A stretch of DNA of 64,000 bases, taken from positions 1 to 64,000 of IMG/VR virus record IMGVR_UViG_3300049489_001113; one strand, written 5' to 3'. The notes under the pieces are model-generated. The model did not search any database, was not told the origin of the DNA, and was given only the letters and a program-made list of their open reading frames with translations. This document shows positions 1 through 8,979 of this stretch, piece by piece (the first letter of the stretch is position 1; each line of letters starts with the position of its first letter). The translations under genes and the position numbers were made by a program. The stretch is from a virus.

Positions 1-663
1 GGGACCATCGACCCCGACAAGGTTCGGAAGGACAAGGCCAGCGTGATCTCCCGGGAGAAGGTGCTCGAATGGTACGAGCCCGACCCGATGGGACTTGAAG
101 GCGTGGGTGGACTCGGGGGCCTGAAGGACTGGCTTCGGCAACGACGCACGGCATTCTCACCCGCCGCCCGGGACTACGGGTTGCCGACCCCAAAGGGGGT
201 CATGCTCGTGGGCATCCCCGGCTGTCTGCATGGAGACACCGTGATTCACGATCCGGTGACTGGGACGACCGAGACGGTGCGAGAGCGGCACCAACGAGGG
301 GAGCGTTTCCACGTGTGGTCGCTACACCCGAACGGTGAACCTGTGATTGCCGCGGCGGAACGTCCACATAAGTACGACCCGGCACAGATGGTCGAGATCG
401 AATTCGAAAACGGTGAGACGATCCGCGTCACCCTTGGACACCGTTTCTGGGACGGGGAGAAGTGGATCACTGCTTCCGAGGTTTACGAGCGGCTGCAGCG
501 ATCCGAGCCCGTCCTTCTCCCGACCAATGCGGACACCGACCTTGCAGTTCGTGCCGAAGATGCTCTCCGTTGGTCTGAAACAACTCCAGGTTCTCTGGTC
601 GATTGTCGGAGCGATCTCCGTTCCTGTGGTGCACCACCTCCCCTGGTCGAAGACGACGATTGA
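1..663 (+). CDS. Ycf46-like AAA+ ATPase, N-terminal part (5' partial) fused to split-intein N-half (IntN from Cys at 223)
   Basis: VGGLGGLKDWL...YGLPTPKGVMLVGIPG is a Ycf46-like AAA up to the middle of Walker A. It continues as CLHGDTVI (intein block A) and IRVTLGHRFW (block B, TxxH). Frame is open from base 1. Confidence 0.9.
   Translation, partial: GTIDPDKVRKDKASVISREKVLEWYEPDPMGLEGVGGLGGLKDWLRQRRTAFSPAARDYGLPTPKGVMLVGIPGCLHGDTVIHDPVTGTTETVRERHQRGERFHVWSLHPNGEPVIAAAERPHKYDPAQMVEIEFENGETIRVTLGHRFWDGEKWITASEVYERLQRSEPVLLPTNADTDLAVRAEDALRWSETTPGSLVDCRSDLRSCGAPPPLVEDDD
223..663 (+). mobile_element. Split intein N-half (IntN)
   Basis: Cys1 at 223, blocks A and B present, stop at 663 with no blocks F/G. 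Confidence 0.85.
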
Positions 664-1129
664 GCACCGTCTCCATGACGAGACGGTGCTCTCGGACACA
701 GCCACTCCTACGCCCAGCTTCGGGGTGACCAGGCATCCACAACAACACGTACCCACTCTTGTCGATTCGTCGCCCACCGCGCCAAGCCGTGTTGCCGGAG
801 CCCGCCGATCTCTCTGCTGTGAAGCGCGCATCGGCTACAGTACCCCCGGCACTGCGGATCGCATCGGCGACACGGTGTGTGCTTGAGCTGAGACGTGCCG
901 CAACCACCCCGAGCGTTAGGCCCGTCTCGTAAAGTGCTCGAGCTTCCAAGGCACGAGACTGCGTCCACCGCTGGTTGCGACTTCCCCAACCCAGTCGACG
1001 ACGGTAGTTGTTGATCGTTGCGAGGCTCACCTTGAAACGCTTCGCCAGATCCGCCAGCTCTACCTCCCCTTGGAGGTAGGCATCCCGCAAGTTGGCAATC
1101 TCGTCGTCCGTCAGGCAACGCGGGGCCAT
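467..1129 (-). CDS. HNH homing endonuclease with N-terminal HTH-like segments
   Basis: GYVLLWMPGHP...EHRLVMETVLNRRLRPGEVVHHRNGDRSDNRPENL; ATG at 1129. Confidence 0.9.
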   Translation of the reverse strand: MAPRCLTDDEIANLRDAYLQGEVELADLAKRFKVSLATINNYRRRLGWGSRNQRWTQSRALEARALYETGLTLGVVAARLSSSTHRVADAIRSAGGTVADARFTAERSAGSGNTAWRGGRRIDKSGYVLLWMPGHPEAGRRSGCVREHRLVMETVLNRRLRPGEVVHHRNGDRSDNRPENLELFQTNGEHLRHELQGRCPHWSGEGRARIAAAARKPRKQ

Positions 1130-1182
1130 ACTTACTCCTGGGTTACACGGTATACCTAACACTAAACAAAGAGGTCGTCAAC

Positions 1183-1293
1183 ATGGACAAGATCGCAGTT
1201 CGATCCGTGAAGCTCGTGGATGTCGAGCCCTACTACGACTTTCACGTCCCTGTGTTCAACAACTATTGGGCGCATGGCGTGTGGCACCACAAC
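1183..1293 (+). mobile_element. Split intein C-half (IntC)
   Basis: Ends His-Asn at 1293; Thr is the +1 residue. Confidence 0.88.
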
Positions 1294-2010
1294 ACCGGAA
1301 AGAGCCTCGCCGCCAAGGCCATCGCCACCACGTGGGGTATGCCCCTGCTCCGCCTCGATCTCGGGGCGCTCAAGTCGAAGTGGGTGGGTGAGTCGGAAGC
1401 GAACATCCGGAAGGCGCTACGGGTCGCCGAGTCGGTCGCACCGTGCATCCTGTGGTGCGACGAGATCGAGAAGAGCCTGGACGGTGCGACGAGTGGAGCC
1501 GCCGACGGTGGGGTGTCCGCCGACACGCTCGGAACCATCCTCACCTTCATGCAAGAACGACAGGGCGCCGTGTTCGTCCTGGCCACGGCCAACGACGTGA
1601 GCAAGCTACCGCCCGAGCTTCTCCGCAAGGGACGGTTCGACGAGATGTTCTTCGTCGACCTCCCGAAGTTCAACGAGCGGCGAGAGGTGGCGGCGGTCAC
1701 GCTGCGCAGGTTCAAGCGTGACCCCGACGGGTTCGACCTCGACGCCATAGCCTCAGCGACCGACGAGTTCACCGGCGCCGAGATCGCCGCGACCGTGCCG
1801 GAAGCCTTGTTCTCCGCCTTCGCCGCCTCCCGAGAGGTGACGACCGAGGACATCGTGGCGAGCGCCCGCACCGTGGTTCCCCTGGCGAAGAGCGCCAGCG
1901 AGAAGATCAAGGCACTCCGCACGTGGGCGCAGGGACGGTGCCGACCGGCCGCGCCGCCCACCCAGGACACCGAGGCGATCCCCGGGTTGGGGCGCGCCAT
2001 CATCGAGTGA
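1183..2010 (+). CDS. Split-intein C-half (37 aa) fused to C-terminal part of the AAA+ ATPase
   Basis: YYDFHVPVFNNYWAHGVWHHN (blocks F/G), then TGKS completing Walker A, Walker B ILWCDEIEK and SRH motif LPPELLRKGRFDE. Has its own GAGG RBS. Confidence 0.92.
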   Translation: MDKIAVRSVKLVDVEPYYDFHVPVFNNYWAHGVWHHNTGKSLAAKAIATTWGMPLLRLDLGALKSKWVGESEANIRKALRVAESVAPCILWCDEIEKSLDGATSGAADGGVSADTLGTILTFMQERQGAVFVLATANDVSKLPPELLRKGRFDEMFFVDLPKFNERREVAAVTLRRFKRDPDGFDLDAIASATDEFTGAEIAATVPEALFSAFAASREVTTEDIVASARTVVPLAKSASEKIKALRTWAQGRCRPAAPPTQDTEAIPGLGRAIIE

Positions 2011-2044
2011 CTTCTAGGGCGCGAGAAAAAAGTTTTTGAGGGGA

Positions 2045-2074
2045 TTGACATGTGCATGGTGCATATGTCATAGT
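2045..2074 (+). promoter_or_regulatory. sigma70-like promoter with overlapping inverted repeat
   Basis: TTGACA-N18-CATAGT; TGACATGTGCA-tgg-TGCATATGTCA is a 1-mismatch palindrome. Confidence 0.5.
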
Positions 2075-2095
2075 AGCACAAGAAAGGGGAAACCA

Positions 2096-2923
2096 ATGAC
2101 GATCAAGATCAAGCCTGGGTTGCTCGTGAGCCTGTCCGTCCGCTCCCGTGGTGGGGTCACCTACCAGAAGAAGGACCTCCTCCGCACCGTCGAGGAGGCC
2201 ACCGAGGTGAAGGCGTGGGAGACGACGCGCATCATCGCCGACACCGAGGAGCACGAGCGCGCCACCAAGGTGCGGGGGGCGGCACGCTCCACCATCGCCA
2301 AGGTGTGCACGCACTCCGCCTTCGGGCTGCTCTGCCCCGAGGCGGACGAGTCCAACCTGGACGCGGCCATCGCCGCCGCCCGGAAGCTGGCCGAGGAGTT
2401 CAACGCCACGGCGAAGCACACGCAACTGGGGGTGTACGTCCTGAAAGGACGAGTCGCCGCTACCGACGCCGAGGCGGCCGCCGCCATCGCCGACGAGGTG
2501 AAGGGGCTGCTCGCCGAGATGGAACGGGCGTGCAAGGCCGCCGATGTCGAGGCCATCCGCGAGGCGGCGAGCCGAGCGAAGGGGCTCGGGGAAGTGCTCG
2601 ACGGACCCGCCGCCTACACGGTGGGGGAGGCGGTGAAGGCCGCCCGAGCGGTGGCCCGTGCCGTGGTCAAGCGGGTGGAGAAGGAAGGCGAGAGCGCCGA
2701 GCAGGTGCTCCGCACGATCTCCCTCGCCCCCATCGAGGTGGCTCGGTTCATGTTCGAGGACGACACGCCCGCCACCACGGTCGAGGGAACCGAGCTTCCG
2801 GCGGTGGATGTGCGCCGCTTCACCGACGACATGGGTGGGGATCCCGAGCCCACCGTGGACGAGCCTTCCACGGGAGAGGTGAAGGTCGCCGCCATCGACA
2901 CGCAGCCCATGATGGAGGTGTGA
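2096..2923 (+). CDS. Hypothetical helical protein (companion of the AAA ATPase)
   Basis: AAGGGG RBS, GC3-rich codons, 275 aa. Confidence 0.75.
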   Translation: MTIKIKPGLLVSLSVRSRGGVTYQKKDLLRTVEEATEVKAWETTRIIADTEEHERATKVRGAARSTIAKVCTHSAFGLLCPEADESNLDAAIAAARKLAEEFNATAKHTQLGVYVLKGRVAATDAEAAAAIADEVKGLLAEMERACKAADVEAIREAASRAKGLGEVLDGPAAYTVGEAVKAARAVARAVVKRVEKEGESAEQVLRTISLAPIEVARFMFEDDTPATTVEGTELPAVDVRRFTDDMGGDPEPTVDEPSTGEVKVAAIDTQPMMEV

Positions 2924-3075
2924 CATGCCGATTGACCACAGGGGTGTCTTCGTGAGCTTCAACGACCGATGTGCGCGTTGCTCGTGCACGTACAAGGAGC
3001 ACGGCAACACTGGGCGTTGCCCCCACGGGGCGACACGCTACGCGCACTTCATCCCTCGTCCGAAGGAGGTGCACC

Positions 3076-3408
3076 CTGCCGTGTGATTCCACCCGGTCCC
3101 CCGGCCAGTCGGCCGCCGACCGTCAACGACAGATCGACGAGGCCGTGAAGCGCCTCGAGAACGCACTGCGGGATCGCTCCGCCAAGGTGGTCATCGCACA
3201 GAACGGTGCCATCGCCTTCACCGGCGACTGGGATCGCTCCGGGGTGGGCGACGTGTGCGCCTACCGGCGCCTCGTGGTCGACGGTTCTTTCGCACTCCGC
3301 ACGGCGGTCGCCGCCGCCGAGGCGCAGAGCGGACGCAAGGTGAACGAGGCGGCCGTGGCCGCCGGGTTCCACAGCCACGACAAGGGCAAGACCTGGGGGA
3401 GGGACTGA
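3076..3408 (+). CDS. Hypothetical protein (start uncertain; AAGGAGG precedes CTG-CCG-TGT)
   Basis: Coding-like codon usage; TGATG coupling to the next gene. Confidence 0.6.
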   Translation: MPCDSTRSPGQSAADRQRQIDEAVKRLENALRDRSAKVVIAQNGAIAFTGDWDRSGVGDVCAYRRLVVDGSFALRTAVAAAEAQSGRKVNEAAVAAGFHSHDKGKTWGRD

Positions 3409-3668
3409 TGAGGTTGCCAAGTGCCACGGTCCGCAAGACCAACGCCAACAACCCCGACACACGCACCGTCGAGGTGTTCTACCCCGGCGGGCGCGGCTTC
3501 CTGCTGCACCTGTGGGTGCGCCACGATGGCACACCGATCGCCAGTGTCGAGCGCGCCGATCCCGGCATCGTCGTCATGGTACCGGCGAACGCCCAACACG
3601 GTGCGCAACTGGGTGATTCGATCGACAGCCACGCCTTCACCACCACCGACAAGCCTTTGAGGCGCTGA
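3408..3668 (+). CDS. Hypothetical protein
   Basis: TGATG-coupled at both ends. Confidence 0.55.
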   Translation: MRLPSATVRKTNANNPDTRTVEVFYPGGRGFLLHLWVRHDGTPIASVERADPGIVVMVPANAQHGAQLGDSIDSHAFTTTDKPLRR

Positions 3669-3907
3669 TGCTTGAACAATCCGAGCTTGCGTGCGGCGCC
3701 TGTGGTTGCGCGGAGCATCGCATCCGTGGTGTGCAGCACCCGACACGCCGTTCCTTTGTCGAGCTGGTGACCGTGTGCTGTGGCTGCGAGAGCGTGACGC
3801 ACGTGCGCCTCGAACCACCCTCCCTGGAGTTCGACTGGGGTGACCCCGACTACGGGGAAAAGAACGACGGCATCCTGTGCATGATGCGGTGGCCCGAGAA
3901 GAAGTAA
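3668..3907 (+). CDS. Small Cys-rich (Zn-ribbon-like) protein
   Basis: CGACGC...CCGC; coupled start. Confidence 0.55.
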   Translation: MLEQSELACGACGCAEHRIRGVQHPTRRSFVELVTVCCGCESVTHVRLEPPSLEFDWGDPDYGEKNDGILCMMRWPEKK

Positions 3908-4255
3908 TTCCGCTGCCCACCTGCTTCCACGAGTGGCCGCAGACGAGCGGAGACGGCGGGCGGTCCGACCGTTGGGCGAAACAGGACCGTGGGTAGGTGC
4001 TCGCCCTAAGTAGTGCACGCACGTTCTCTGCTACGTCCCGTGCCTAAAATCAGACCAGCGAGGGTGCGGCCGGCATCCTTTCCCGTAGGGAGAAGTGGTT
4101 ACCCCCACACCCGGCCACCTCTTCAAGTGCGCGGCCTCCGAGTTGCTTCCGTTTCCCCGGCAGTTCTCGTCGAGGCCGCGCCTTTCCTCATCCGTGACCG
4201 GACCGGTTCGTCCGGCGCCTCGTCGCAGGCACCACGCGGCACCAAGGAGAAGGAC

Positions 4256-4645
4256 ATGCCCAAGCGCACCATCACCATGACCGGCCGTCCGCCGATCCAG
4301 ATCGCGGAGGAAGACTGGCCCATCATCGCCAGCTCGAAGCACACACCTGGATCGTTCGTGAACGGCACGCCACGCCCGAAGTACGAACACGACACGTACA
4401 AGATCATGGTGCGTGCCCACAAGGATGGGCGGACCATCGTGTACGGCATCCTCGACGGGGCCACCGCCTGGACCGGGACCGAGGACAGGCGGGCCGGGTA
4501 CCTGCTCGACCGGGAGGCTGCGACAGCCGCGGGCATCGTCCACGCCATCCGCGCCGTGGCCAAGGTGCTCGGCCAGTACGACGACGAGGACGACACCGCA
4601 CTTGTGGCCGACTGCATCGCCGACCTGCCGGCTGAGGAGGTGTGA
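4256..4645 (+). CDS. Hypothetical protein
   Basis: AAGGAGAAGG RBS and coding codon usage. Confidence 0.7.
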   Translation: MPKRTITMTGRPPIQIAEEDWPIIASSKHTPGSFVNGTPRPKYEHDTYKIMVRAHKDGRTIVYGILDGATAWTGTEDRRAGYLLDREAATAAGIVHAIRAVAKVLGQYDDEDDTALVADCIADLPAEEV

Positions 4646-5034
4646 TCATGCTCCGCTACATGCTGAAGTCGGTACCTGACCAGGACGAAATCAAGGAGTT
4701 CGTGCTCCGCATCGCCGCCTCAGCCGAGGACCTGGATGAGGAGGTTGTGCGGGGATTCCTCCGAGCCTACGCCCAGGTGGAGGACGTGGAAATCCTATCC
4801 GCCGAAGAGGCGCACGCTCTGTGGCATCGAGTCTACATGCGCGAGTACGCACGGCGAACCAAGCCGCGGGACCGCGACACGTGGATGCCCGATGCACTCC
4901 ATTTCGATGGTGTGCCGAAGGACTGCGTGATCCACTCGGCACTCGTCGATGCGAGCAAGAACCTCACCATCGAGCGCCAACTCCGCTCCGAGTACGAACA
5001 GATCTTGGCGAAGCGAAAGGGGGGGCCGTCGTGA
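4642..5034 (+). CDS. Hypothetical protein
   Basis: GTGA overlaps with both neighbours. Confidence 0.6.
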   Translation: MIMLRYMLKSVPDQDEIKEFVLRIAASAEDLDEEVVRGFLRAYAQVEDVEILSAEEAHALWHRVYMREYARRTKPRDRDTWMPDALHFDGVPKDCVIHSALVDASKNLTIERQLRSEYEQILAKRKGGPS

Positions 5035-5822
5035 AGCACGCAGGACGGAAGATGTGGCGCGCGTTCGTCCGCGCCGAGGGGTTCCCGACGGCGAACGGCG
5101 CCGTGCTGTGGGAGGGCCCGAGCGAGATCGACGGGGCGCCCATCGTGCTCATCGTGACAGGGCTCGCGAAGGTGTCGAAGAACAACAAGACCGACGACAT
5201 GCTACAGACGTGGATCCTGCGGCAGGACATCGCGCCGCACGAGGCCGCGCGTTCCGGGGCGGACGAGTCGATCTGTGGGGACTGCGCGCACCGCCCCTCG
5301 GTCATCGAAGAGACGGGCGAGACGCGTTGCTACGTGCAAGTACACAAGGCACCGCTCGCTGTGTGGAAGGCGTACATCGCGGGGCACTACCCCAAGGTGG
5401 GGGCAGACCAGATTCCCGTTGGGTTCGACTGGCGGATGGGCTCCTACGGGGACCCCGCCGCACTGCCCGCCGGTGTGTGGGCGCCCTTCGTCGCCCGCGC
5501 CAGGGGACGAACCGGGTACACGCACCGATGGCAGCACCTCGAGGTGCAGGCCGACCCACGGTGGGCGCTCTGGCTCATGGCGTCGGTCGACTCCGTGAAG
5601 GAGATGTTCCGCGCCCGACGGGTGGGATTCCGTACGTTCCGCGTCGGTGACGACGACTCCACTCCGGTGGCAGGGGAGAAGGCGTGCCCGGCCGCCGCCG
5701 AGATGGGACGGCTTCTCTCGTGCGCGGCGTGCAAGCAGTGCGATGGGAACGAGCGGGGCGCCGACCGTCCAGGGAGACACATCAACCACCACGGACCCGG
5801 TGTCCGGAAGGAAGCAGCATGA
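5031..5822 (+). CDS. Cys-containing phage protein, possible metal/Fe-S enzyme
   Basis: NxKT..MLQTWIL, CGDC, RCYV, RMGSYGDP, GYTHRW, ASVDS, CP...CAACKQC motifs. Confidence 0.65.
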   Translation: MKHAGRKMWRAFVRAEGFPTANGAVLWEGPSEIDGAPIVLIVTGLAKVSKNNKTDDMLQTWILRQDIAPHEAARSGADESICGDCAHRPSVIEETGETRCYVQVHKAPLAVWKAYIAGHYPKVGADQIPVGFDWRMGSYGDPAALPAGVWAPFVARARGRTGYTHRWQHLEVQADPRWALWLMASVDSVKEMFRARRVGFRTFRVGDDDSTPVAGEKACPAAAEMGRLLSCAACKQCDGNERGADRPGRHINHHGPGVRKEAA

Positions 5823-6043
5823 ACAACTACCGCTGCCCCAAGTGCGGGGACGATACGAGCCTCCGGGCATACGAAGAGGTCGACCGCATCTGGGACGTCG
5901 AGGTGCAGCCAGACGGCACACTGCACTTCTTCTTCACCGGCGAGACCACCGACGGAATCGGAGAGTACGACATCACCTGCCGGTGTGGCCACAAGTTCGG
6001 GAAGCTGCCCGACGGTGTGGAGATCGAGTACGACCCGGCGTAG
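5819..6043 (+). CDS. Small Zn-ribbon protein
   Basis: CPKC...CRCGH; ATGA overlap. Confidence 0.6.
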   Translation: MNNYRCPKCGDDTSLRAYEEVDRIWDVEVQPDGTLHFFFTGETTDGIGEYDITCRCGHKFGKLPDGVEIEYDPA

Positions 6044-6264
6044 TCTCACTTGCTGGGTGTGAGGTGCCGCCATGTGCGGCGCTTGCGTATGTCGCACACA
6101 GTCGGGTTGGAGATCCCATAGCGCCGCGCGAGCACACACCCCGGGTCGGCAGAGTCAAGAATAATGTGGCTCGAACTCGAGGGCCAACGGCAACCCATCG
6201 TGATGCTCCGCCGTCGCAACTCACGGATCATCGACGTTTCACCAGTCAACATCAGGAGGTCAAC

Positions 6265-6593
6265 ATGAAGGCGAAGACGAAGGCGAAGACGAAGGCACCG
6301 ACCACGGCCAAGGCGCGCAAGACCGGCCCGCCCACCCGCGTGGTGGTGCGTGGGTCCGAGTGCGGGGTGTGGATGGGCACCTTGGTGCAGGTCACCACCG
6401 AGCGGACGGTGGTGCTTTCCGACGCGCGCCGTGCGTGGTCCTGGACGGGTGCCACAGAGTGTGCGGGGCTTGCAGTGCGCGGTCCCGGTGGGGGCAAGAT
6501 CACACCATCGGTCCAGACCGTGACCCTGTTCGGCGTGTGCGAGGTGTTGGAGGCAACACCCGCTGCGGTGGAGGCATGGGGCCAGGTGGCGCC

Positions 6594-6606
<13 letters not shown>
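6265..6606 (+). CDS. Phage beta-barrel protein (resembles the DUF6948-like family)
   Basis: VVVRG..GVWMGTL...LSDARRAWSWTGA...LA..G; AGGAGG RBS. Confidence 0.75.
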
Positions 6607-6821
<215 letters not shown>

Positions 6822-6859
6822 CCACCCCGGGGGATCTCCCGGGGGTGGGGTCCCACCCC
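6822..6859 (+). terminator. GC-rich hairpin(s) after the Gly-rich ORF
   Basis: CCACCCCGGG...CCCGGGGGTGG and GGGGTGGG-GT-CCCACCCC; no U-tract. Confidence 0.3.
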
Positions 6860-7055
6860 AACAAGACTATGGCCTGCGCGATCTCCGTCGTGATCTTGGC
6901 ACTCCCCATCATCTCCCCGTGGGCGTGCCGCCCCTTTGCGTGCATGTCCCGCACATTGTCCTGGGGTGTGCCGAGGAACAGGTGATCCGGTCTGACGCAC
7001 GAAGGTACATCGCATCGGTGAAGCACACACATCCCGCCAGGAACCTTACAGGAGA

Positions 7056-8423
7056 ATGCCAATGCGTGTACCGTTGACCATATCGACCGAATACGTCCCG
7101 GAGTGGGGCGTGTTCGAGGGGCTGCGAGAACTCTGCCAGAACTGGATCGACTCGTCTGACCTGATCGAGCGCGGCTCGATCGTCAACAGCGCCAGATTCT
7201 CAGGCATTGAAGGTGGTGCAAGCACTCGCTCCACCGTCTCCTACTCACGCTCCAACGGCGGCACCGTGGTGTTCGACAACCCCGGCGCCGACATGGCCCG
7301 CGATGTTCTACTCCTCGGCGTGTCCACGAAGCGCGACGACGAGGCCATGCGTGGCCAGTACGGAGAGGGCCAAAAACTGGGGGTGCTGGCGCTGCTGCGC
7401 TCCGGCAAGTCGGTGCGCATCGAGACGCCGACCGAGATCTGGACGGCGCGGATCGAGGAGCACGAGTCCTTCCCGGGCCGCAACGTGCTCGTGTTCAACA
7501 CGAGGGCGCGCACCACCATCGGGACGGGTGTGCGCGTCGAGGTGAGCGGCATCGAGCGGGAGGAGTACGAGCGGATGCGGCAGAGCTTCCTCTGCTTCGA
7601 CCCGCCCAAGGCTTCGTACACGGAGCCCTACTACGGCACCGTCATCTTCGACCCTGCTCGCAAGGGGCAGGTGTTCGTGAAGGGGGTGCTCGTGTCCACC
7701 GACGCGACCCTCGCCTTCGGGTACGACCTGTCCCGCGCCAAGGTGGATCGCGACCGCAAGATGGTCGACCAGTGGGACGCGCGGTACGCGATGGCCGCCA
7801 TCCTCTCGGTGGCGCGCAAGCAGTCCGATAGGGTGAACATCCTCGAGATGATGGAGTCCGACGCGCCGGAGATGCGCGAGGCGCAGTACCAGTCGTCGAT
7901 CCAAACAAGCGTCGTAGAGGGATTCCAGGCGAAGTACGGCGAGGGCACCTACCCGTGCGCGTCCATGGCCGAAGCGCAGGACCTCGAACACGCCGGGGTA
8001 AAGGCCGTCCCGGTACCGAAGGTTCTCCTCGAGACGCTCAAGGCGGGGGGCCTCGACGCCAACGTGGCGAAGGAGAAAAACCTCCGCTCCCCGTCGAGGG
8101 TGTGGGCGCTGCAGGATCTCACGGTGCCCGAGCGCGCATCCCTGCAGTGGGCTGTGCGCATGGCGGCTCACGCCTGTGGGTGCGAGCCTTCGGCGCTGTT
8201 CGAGAGACTTCGCGTGGTCGACTTCCCCGCACCCGCCCTGCTCGGACTGCACCGCGGTGACGACGTGTGTGTCGCCCGGAAGCTGCTCGGCGACCGCTTC
8301 GAACTGCTCGCCACGCTCATCCACGAGTACGGACACGATTTTGCACCAGACGGCAAGGGCCACGTCGCAGCCATCGAGAGGATGTGGACGCGGCTCACCA
8401 TGAAGATCACGGAGGGTAAGTGA
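7056..8423 (+). CDS. GHKL (HATPase) domain protein with C-terminal HExxH motif
   Basis: N box LRELCQNWIDS, DNPG, G2 box GQYGEGQKLG, GTGVRV; C-terminal TLIHEYGHD...GH. Confidence 0.8.
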   Translation: MPMRVPLTISTEYVPEWGVFEGLRELCQNWIDSSDLIERGSIVNSARFSGIEGGASTRSTVSYSRSNGGTVVFDNPGADMARDVLLLGVSTKRDDEAMRGQYGEGQKLGVLALLRSGKSVRIETPTEIWTARIEEHESFPGRNVLVFNTRARTTIGTGVRVEVSGIEREEYERMRQSFLCFDPPKASYTEPYYGTVIFDPARKGQVFVKGVLVSTDATLAFGYDLSRAKVDRDRKMVDQWDARYAMAAILSVARKQSDRVNILEMMESDAPEMREAQYQSSIQTSVVEGFQAKYGEGTYPCASMAEAQDLEHAGVKAVPVPKVLLETLKAGGLDANVAKEKNLRSPSRVWALQDLTVPERASLQWAVRMAAHACGCEPSALFERLRVVDFPAPALLGLHRGDDVCVARKLLGDRFELLATLIHEYGHDFAPDGKGHVAAIERMWTRLTMKITEGK

Positions 8424-8683
8424 CCACGATCAAGATGCGGTCCAGGTTGGACGGTACGCACGTGCAGACCCACGTGTACATGGGACCTGACGACGACCAC
8501 CTCGTCTACTGCGGGGCGCTCGTACAGGAGATCGGCCACTGGCAGTGGTTCGGCGCCATGCTCTCGCTCGGCGCCAGGAACGCGAGGGGCTACACGAAGG
8601 TGATCCATGAGGGGGACGAGCAGATCATCCGCGACCTCGCCGCCAGGGGTGACGCGCGCGCCACCGAGGAGGGCGGAAAATGA
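8420..8683 (+). CDS. Hypothetical protein
   Basis: GGAGG RBS; GTGA/ATGA overlaps. Confidence 0.6.
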   Translation: MTTIKMRSRLDGTHVQTHVYMGPDDDHLVYCGALVQEIGHWQWFGAMLSLGARNARGYTKVIHEGDEQIIRDLAARGDARATEEGGK

Positions 8684-8937
8684 ACCACCTCAAGTTCGAC
8701 CCGTACAGCCGTCAACCACTTGAGGTGGCCCTGCGCGCCCTCGCGGACGGGTCCAGGCTGGCAGGCGTGACCTTGTTCCGCCGTGAGGGCGCCCCCGCAC
8801 TCCAGGCACGCCTGGAAGCCGTCCAGGAGGCGCTGCACCGGGCGGTCACCCTGGGTGTCCCGCAGGAACACCCCGAGGTGTGGGCCGCCGTCCGTCACAT
8901 CAGGCAGATCGAGGCGCACCTTCCGCATATGCGGTAG
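8680..8937 (+). CDS. Hypothetical protein
   Basis: ATGA overlap and RBS. Confidence 0.6.
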   Translation: MNHLKFDPYSRQPLEVALRALADGSRLAGVTLFRREGAPALQARLEAVQEALHRAVTLGVPQEHPEVWAAVRHIRQIEAHLPHMR

Positions 8938-8963
8938 TATGTTGGCGGTACCGTCAACAACTA
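8923..8963. promoter_or_regulatory. Candidate operator palindromes
   Basis: CCGCATATGCGG (perfect, 8923-8934) and GTTGGCGGTACCGTCAAC (1 mismatch, 8941-8958) in an AT-richer gap. Confidence 0.4.
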
Positions 8964-8979
8964 TTACGAGGGGCATCAC

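Noticed and set aside
3938-3990. Hammerhead ribozyme (CAGACGAG...GAAAC)
   Set aside because: The core reads CAGA rather than CUGA, and stem II pairing is only about 2 bp.
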